A stretch of 19,598 nucleotides of DNA from Euryarchaeota archaeon UBA40 (GTDB taxonomy: Archaea > Thermoplasmatota > Poseidoniia > Poseidoniales > Thalassarchaeaceae), in contig DAYJ01000003.1 of NCBI GenBank assembly GCA_002506875.1, forward strand, positions 1-19,598. The letters are read 5' to 3'. Positions 15,831 through 19,598 of the stretch are shown in pieces. Within the stretch, counting starts at the first letter, position 1. Every line of letters starts with the position of its first letter. A program made the position numbers and the translations under genes. The notes below the pieces were generated by a model, which saw only the letters and a program-made list of their open reading frames with translations, ran no database searches and was not told where the DNA came from.

Positions 15831-15847
15831 AGATCGGTAGCCGATCT
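15831..15847 (-). terminator. Perfect 7-bp hairpin immediately downstream of the rhodopsin stop codon
   Basis: AGATCGG (15831-15837), a tag loop, and CCGATCT (15841-15847) lie 6 nt after the stop codon at 15854-15856. No long oligo-T tract follows, so function as a terminator versus an RNA stability element is uncertain. Confidence 0.3.
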
Positions 15848-15853
15848 TGAATC

Positions 15854-16666
15854 TCATTCCTCAGACTCGGATGCCTTCGTGTCCATGGTCGCAGCGTACC
15901 ACACCATTAGTCCGAATGCAACCTTGTTGACTGAATCAGCCAGGTTGTAGAGGATGTTAAGGAAGTCAAGATTCGGGTCAGTTCCGGTTCCCATGAAATA
16001 TCCAATTGGATAGATGGCCCATCCAACAGTCAGGATGATTGCCATAGCGCGGAAAGCGAACTGAGTTCCTTCAGAAGCGGTATCTGCTCCTTTCTTTGCA
16101 TCGCCTGCCCATACCTCATACATGATGTAGAACCAAGCGAGACATCCGATGATCAGCATTGGCATCTCGGGTGCGTGACCAGCTTCTCCGAGGAATCCAC
16201 TGATCAGCATGATTAGGGATGCGCCAAAGAGGCGCCAGAACAGCATGGCAGTAGCCGCACCGACAGCAGCCAGAATTAGGTAGAATTCAGCTACTTGGAG
16301 TGGGACTGTGATGAGCCAATCGACGTACCTGAGTACTAGGGGGCTCTGGCCTGCGCCCAAAGCGTATGTTTGCGCCCATGCCTCTCGCATGTATGTGTAA
16401 TGGTACCATGCAACACCGGTAACCAGTGCTGCAACAGTCATCGATGTGCGCCACTTGGGGGCAACACTTCCACGCTCCATGATGAAGAATGCAGTTGCTG
16501 CAAACATCATCGCTGTAGCGATCCAGAAGGATGCACCTACGGTATCATCCTCTCGCAGGAGGCTGGTTTCAGCAGCAGCTGTGCCAACCATTGTCAGGGC
16601 AGTCAACAACAGCGCAAACATTGCGCCGCTTCGGCGTGTCAGGTTCAAAGGGTTCTTATTTCCCAT
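15854..16666 (-). CDS. Proteorhodopsin-type light-driven proton pump (microbial rhodopsin, DTE motif, Gln at spectral tuning site)
   Basis: It aligns along its full length with green proteorhodopsin as I recall it. SFWIATAMMFAATAFFIMERGSVAPKWRTSMTVAALVTGVAWYHYTYM includes the His75 equivalent. RYVDWLITVPLQVAEFYLIL carries the D97, T101 and E108 equivalents, with Q at position 105. NLADSVNKVAFGL carries the D227 equivalent and the Schiff-base Lys231 equivalent. The N-terminal MFALLLTALTMVGTAAA looks like a signal peptide. Confidence 0.95.
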   Translation of the reverse strand: MGNKNPLNLTRRSGAMFALLLTALTMVGTAAAETSLLREDDTVGASFWIATAMMFAATAFFIMERGSVAPKWRTSMTVAALVTGVAWYHYTYMREAWAQTYALGAGQSPLVLRYVDWLITVPLQVAEFYLILAAVGAATAMLFWRLFGASLIMLISGFLGEAGHAPEMPMLIIGCLAWFYIMYEVWAGDAKKGADTASEGTQFAFRAMAIILTVGWAIYPIGYFMGTGTDPNLDFLNILYNLADSVNKVAFGLMVWYAATMDTKASESEE

Positions 16667-16690
16667 GAACTAACTCCCATGCAGTATAGA

Positions 16691-16697
16691 GTATAAA
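16691..16697 (-). promoter_or_regulatory. Putative TATA box of the rhodopsin gene
   Basis: The minus strand reads ctgTTTATACtctatactgcatGGGAGttagttcATG. TTTATAC lies about 25-31 nt upstream of the ATG at 16666, and GGGAG is a possible SD. This is sequence inspection only. Confidence 0.35.
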
Positions 16698-16792
16698 CAG
16701 GTGTTAGTGGCCCTACGCGTTGAATCATCAGACGTAACGCTGTTGATGCTGGCAGAGGTATCAACTAAAGCCCAATTGAGCACCTCGCCAGA

Positions 16793-17143
16793 GTGGTCAG
16801 GATAATGCTCGAACTCGCTGAGTCCATACTATCTTGGTCTTGCGGTACGATTGTAGTCATCTGGATTTCGATAGGCACCCTTGCACGATCGGTAAGAATG
16901 GAACGCATTGCGCATAATGTCGTCACACTGCTATGTTTCCTAACGGCCGCCGGGTTAATCATTTTCGATCGCCTAGGGGAAGAGTTCTGGGATACGGAAC
17001 CATTGGCTAACTTCCTTGCTCTCATGCTTGTAATCCTAGGAATAGTGGGCCAGATTATTCCGATTAGAGGTGAAGAGATTCAGGGTGAACCCAATCCACA
17101 TCACCTGATGAAGGCACGTAAAGAGAGGGAATCTGAGGAGTAA
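16793..17143 (+). CDS. Hypothetical small membrane protein (about 3 TM helices, charged C-terminal tail)
   Basis: Hydrophobic helices are ILSWSCGTIVVIWISIGTL, VVTLLCFLTAAGLIIF and LANFLALMLVILGIVGQIIPI, followed by the tail HHLMKARKERESEE. The track start is the GTG at 16793; the ATG at 16805 is an alternative. I recognise no family motif. Confidence 0.55.
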   Translation: MVRIMLELAESILSWSCGTIVVIWISIGTLARSVRMERIAHNVVTLLCFLTAAGLIIFDRLGEEFWDTEPLANFLALMLVILGIVGQIIPIRGEEIQGEPNPHHLMKARKERESEE

Positions 17144-17161
17144 ATCACTCTAGGTGCCTTA

Positions 17162-17443
17162 TTATTCGGCTTCGCTAGCCAATTTCTCGTCGATGAATTG
17201 GCGCATGTATTCAGGTAATTCTCCGTTGAGGAACACGACATCATTGACTTCATCGAGTTTCATCAGTGAGTAATATATCTGCATGGCAGTCATTGGTGTA
17301 CTTCCACAACCTGTGCAGCCGCCTTCTAGTGAGATGGTAACTATCCCATCTGTGGTGTCAACGACATTTACGATTCCATCATGGGCATCGAGCACAGCCT
17401 GAACAGGGCCAACCGAATCCAAGATGAGTTGCTTGTCGACCAT
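17162..17443 (-). CDS. NifU/Nfu C-terminal-domain-like Fe-S cluster scaffold/carrier protein (93 aa)
   Basis: DGIVTISLEGGCTGCGSTPMTAMQI matches the Nfu pattern G-x-V-x-[VIL]-x-L-x-G-[AG]-C-x-G-C-x-x-[ST]-x-x-T. The small size is typical of stand-alone Nfu proteins. Confidence 0.75.
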   Translation of the reverse strand: MVDKQLILDSVGPVQAVLDAHDGIVNVVDTTDGIVTISLEGGCTGCGSTPMTAMQIYYSLMKLDEVNDVVFLNGELPEYMRQFIDEKLASEAE

Positions 17444-17563
17444 CAGTTATCGGAAGTCGTCCCCCTCTATCAATCAACGCCTCTGTGAGCCTAGATTCTA
17501 GCCATCCGTCATTTTATTGATGGCTTGAAACAAGGGGGGGAATGGTTTTGCTTGAGATTCCAA

Positions 17564-17571
17564 TTAAATAT
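17564..17571 (+). promoter_or_regulatory. Putative TATA box of the pyrophosphatase gene
   Basis: TTAAATAT lies 36-43 nt upstream of the ATG at 17607. AGGTGA at 17596-17601 is a good SD 5 nt before the ATG. Confidence 0.35.
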
Positions 17572-17606
17572 GGGTCCAATGTCGCTGTGAGTCATAGGTG
17601 AATGAA

Positions 17607-19598
17607 ATGGAACCAGAACAACTCGCACAGATAGGTATTGCACTCGCCGTCTTCGGCCTACTGACCGCTTTCTTGCTGTATCGGCGTAACGATTCAATCG
17701 TGATTGACAACGAGGTTGTCGCAGATATCACTGGTCAGATTCAGCGTGGAGCCATGGCCTTCCTCGGAGCTGAGTATCGCTATCTTGCGATTTTCGTTAG
17801 TATCGTCGCCCTCCTACTTCTTGGTGGAGGAGAGATGAACGATGCTCTCGGTTGGGAAACAGCAGCTGCCTTCCTCTTTGGAGCTCTAGCCTCTGTCCTT
17901 GCCGGTTACTCCGGTATGAGGAGTGCAACTTCAGCTAACGGGCGCACAGCAATGGCTGCCAAGAATGGTGGCCAAGCTGAGGCTCTTGAGGTATCCTACA
18001 ATGGTGGAGCCGTGATGGGTCTTGCCGTGGGTGGTCTTGGTCTTCTCGGCGTCTCTGCAATGTACCTCTGGCTCGGCCCCTATGGTTCCGATCCGTCCTT
18101 CGATGCAATTCCATACATTGCTGGTTTCGGCATGGGTGCATCTAGCATTGCTCTTTTCGCTCGTGTAGGTGGTGGAATCTATACCAAGGCTGCTGATGTA
18201 GGCGCTGATCTCGTCGGTAAGGTTGAGGCAGGAATTCCTGAGGATGACCCTCGTAACCCTGGCGTAATTGCTGACAACGTTGGCGATAACGTCGGCGATG
18301 TTGCAGGGATGGGTGCTGACATCTTCGAGTCCTTTGTCGGGTCTATCATTGCCGCAATGGTCATCGCAGCCGCTGCTGGGGCTACTGCTAAGTCTGCTGC
18401 TGTAGCTGCTGTAGGTTCAGGGGATCTCGCAAATGCCGTTCTCCAAGGCGCCACCGCTGAGTATCAGGGTGCTTTGGTTCTCCTTCCTATCGCTCTCGCG
18501 GTAGTCGGATACTTCGCCAGTATCATTGCTGTATTCTCTATGCGTGTGCTCAAGAATATGGGCGATGCTGCTGCTGCTCTTCGCTACACGACATTCATCG
18601 GTGCCGGACTTTTCTGGGTTGGTGGATATCTCATCATGGGTCCATCCGGAATGGATATGGAAGCTTATGCTGCTGCTGCAGGAATTGAGAACGCCTTTGG
18701 TCCACTATACGCAGTTATTGCTGGATCGGTAGTAGGGATTCTCATCGGTCTTGCAACAGAGTACTATACTGGGATAGAGCCAGTCATGGGTCTCAATGTC
18801 CGTGATATTCCATACATTGGCGAGATGTCCAAAACAGGTCCTGCGACTAACGCTATTGCCGGTTTGTCTGTAGGTATGAAATCGGTCTTTGTTCCGATTA
18901 TCTTCATGGCTATTGGCATCTATATCGCGAATGACTTTGCAGGGCTCTACGGTATTGCCATGGCTGCGATGGGTATGCTTGCAACTGTTGGTGTCACGAT
19001 GACCGTTGATGCTTATGGCCCGGTTGCAGACAATGCCGGCGGCATTGCCGAAATGGCAGAGATGGGTCCGGAAACGCGCGAGATCACCGACTCACTTGAC
19101 GAGGTTGGCAACTCGACAGCTGCCATCGGCAAAGGCTTTGCCATCAGCGCCGCGGCACTTGCCGCGCTGGCCCTGATCAGCGCCTATATTGCTAAGGTCA
19201 GCAATGGTGACCCGACCTTTGTCCTGGCGATCAACGATCCGATGGTTCTTGTCGGTATGTTCATCGGCGGTATCTTCCCGTTCCTGGTCAGTGCGATGAC
19301 CATGACCGCGGTGGGCGACGCCGCCTTTGACATGATTGTTGAGGTACGCCGTCAGTTCAAAGAGATCCCGGGCCTGCTGGAAGGCAAGGCCAAGCCGGAC
19401 ACTGCACGCTGCGTCGACATTGCGACCCGCGCTGCACTGCGCCGGATGATCCTGCCCGGTTCGCTTGCTGTTCTGGCCCCTGTTGTCATCGGTTTTGGCC
19501 TTGGGCCAAAGGCGCTTGGCGGCATGCTGGGTGGCGCGCTTATCTGCTGTGTGATGATGGCACTGATGATGGCGAATGCCGGCGGCGCATGGGACAAT
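17607..19598 (+). CDS. hppA: Membrane-bound H+(/Na+)-translocating pyrophosphatase, partial (3' end beyond right edge); K+-dependent-type Ala in the GNxTAAIGKG motif
   Basis: It is absent from the ORF track because it has no stop in the window. I translated it by hand from the ATG at 17607, which follows an in-frame TAG at 17595-17597. It gives 664 codons with no stop up to position 19598. Signatures present are [101 protein letters not shown] and ANAGGAWDN. Confidence 0.95.
   Translation, partial: MEPEQLAQIGIALAVFGLLTAFLLYRRNDSIVIDNEVVADITGQIQRGAMAFLGAEYRYLAIFVSIVALLLLGGGEMNDALGWETAAAFLFGALASVLAGYSGMRSATSANGRTAMAAKNGGQAEALEVSYNGGAVMGLAVGGLGLLGVSAMYLWLGPYGSDPSFDAIPYIAGFGMGASSIALFARVGGGIYTKAADVGADLVGKVEAGIPEDDPRNPGVIADNVGDNVGDVAGMGADIFESFVGSIIAAMVIAAAAGATAKSAAVAAVGSGDLANAVLQGATAEYQGALVLLPIALAVVGYFASIIAVFSMRVLKNMGDAAAALRYTTFIGAGLFWVGGYLIMGPSGMDMEAYAAAAGIENAFGPLYAVIAGSVVGILIGLATEYYTGIEPVMGLNVRDIPYIGEMSKTGPATNAIAGLSVGMKSVFVPIIFMAIGIYIANDFAGLYGIAMAAMGMLATVGVTMTVDAYGPVADNAGGIAEMAEMGPETREITDSLDEVGNSTAAIGKGFAISAAALAALALISAYIAKVSNGDPTFVLAINDPMVLVGMFIGGIFPFLVSAMTMTAVGDAAFDMIVEVRRQFKEIPGLLEGKAKPDTARCVDIATRAALRRMILPGSLAVLAPVVIGFGLGPKALGGMLGGALICCVMMALMMANAGGAWDN

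Noticed and set aside
16370-16696. Two plus-strand ORFs (108 aa and 75 aa) overlapping the rhodopsin gene
   Set aside because: They are antisense to a full-length rhodopsin that aligns with proteorhodopsin along its whole length. Their Cys/His/Arg-rich translations have no motif.
17491-17501. An 11-bp palindrome, CTAGATTCTAG, in the divergent Nfu/hppA intergenic region as a possible regulator binding site
   Set aside because: A 5+1+5 palindrome is expected by chance many times in 20 kb. It does not extend on either side, and no second copy was seen.
17461-17540. C-run (CCCCCTC, 17461-17467) and G7 run (17534-17540) as a possible long-range stem
   Set aside because: Only about 5 bp could pair across a roughly 70-nt loop. 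That is too weak to propose as a structure without computation.
17935-18454. Minus-strand ORFs of 68 and 91 aa, plus a plus-strand 68-aa ORF at 18526-18732 and a minus-strand 81-aa ORF at 19352-19597
   Set aside because: All lie within the hand-verified uninterrupted hppA reading frame (17607-19598) and are off-frame or antisense artefacts of it.
1-19598. Search for CRISPR arrays, tRNA/rRNA genes, IS elements, integrases, toxin-antitoxin or defence-system genes
   Set aside because: I saw no direct-repeat/spacer periodicity, no cloverleaf-like conserved tRNA boxes in the short intergenic regions, no terminal inverted repeats and no transposase- or integrase-like ORFs. Intergenic space is minimal. 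This was a visual scan only, not a computed one.

Overview
This is a tightly packed archaeal chromosomal segment of roughly 50% GC. The gene content (archaellum operon, proteorhodopsin, H+-pyrophosphatase) and the acidic proteins suggest a marine planktonic euryarchaeon of the Marine Group II / Poseidoniales type. That assignment is an inference, not a database result. Plus strand, 387-13119: a translationally coupled three-gene module of unknown function sits directly upstream of a complete archaellum operon. The module encodes a 138-aa basic helical protein, a 1572-aa secreted giant, and a 281-aa cytosolic coiled-coil plus beta-sandwich protein. The giant is built from repeated CARDB/NEW3-like beta-sandwich domains and ends in a 5-TM module. 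The operon order is arlB, an arlC/D-like gene, arlF, arlG, arlH, arlI, arlJ. Minus strand, 13120-16666: endonuclease III and a PolX-PHP polymerase overlap by 4 nt. Upstream of them lies a proteorhodopsin-type DTE proton pump with Gln at the spectral tuning position. Further right are a small 3-TM protein, an Nfu-type Fe-S protein, and the first 664 codons of an H+-translocating pyrophosphatase that runs off the right edge. The last ~580 bp of that gene show an abrupt GC and codon-usage shift, which suggests an assembly chimera or a mosaic gene. A probable partial gene with an 18-bp tandem repeat lies at the left edge; its strand is uncertain. I recognised no rRNA, tRNA, CRISPR array, IS element or integrase. 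The most interesting candidate is the uncharacterised three-gene envelope module joined to the archaellum operon. All family calls come from motif recognition by eye; no searches were run.
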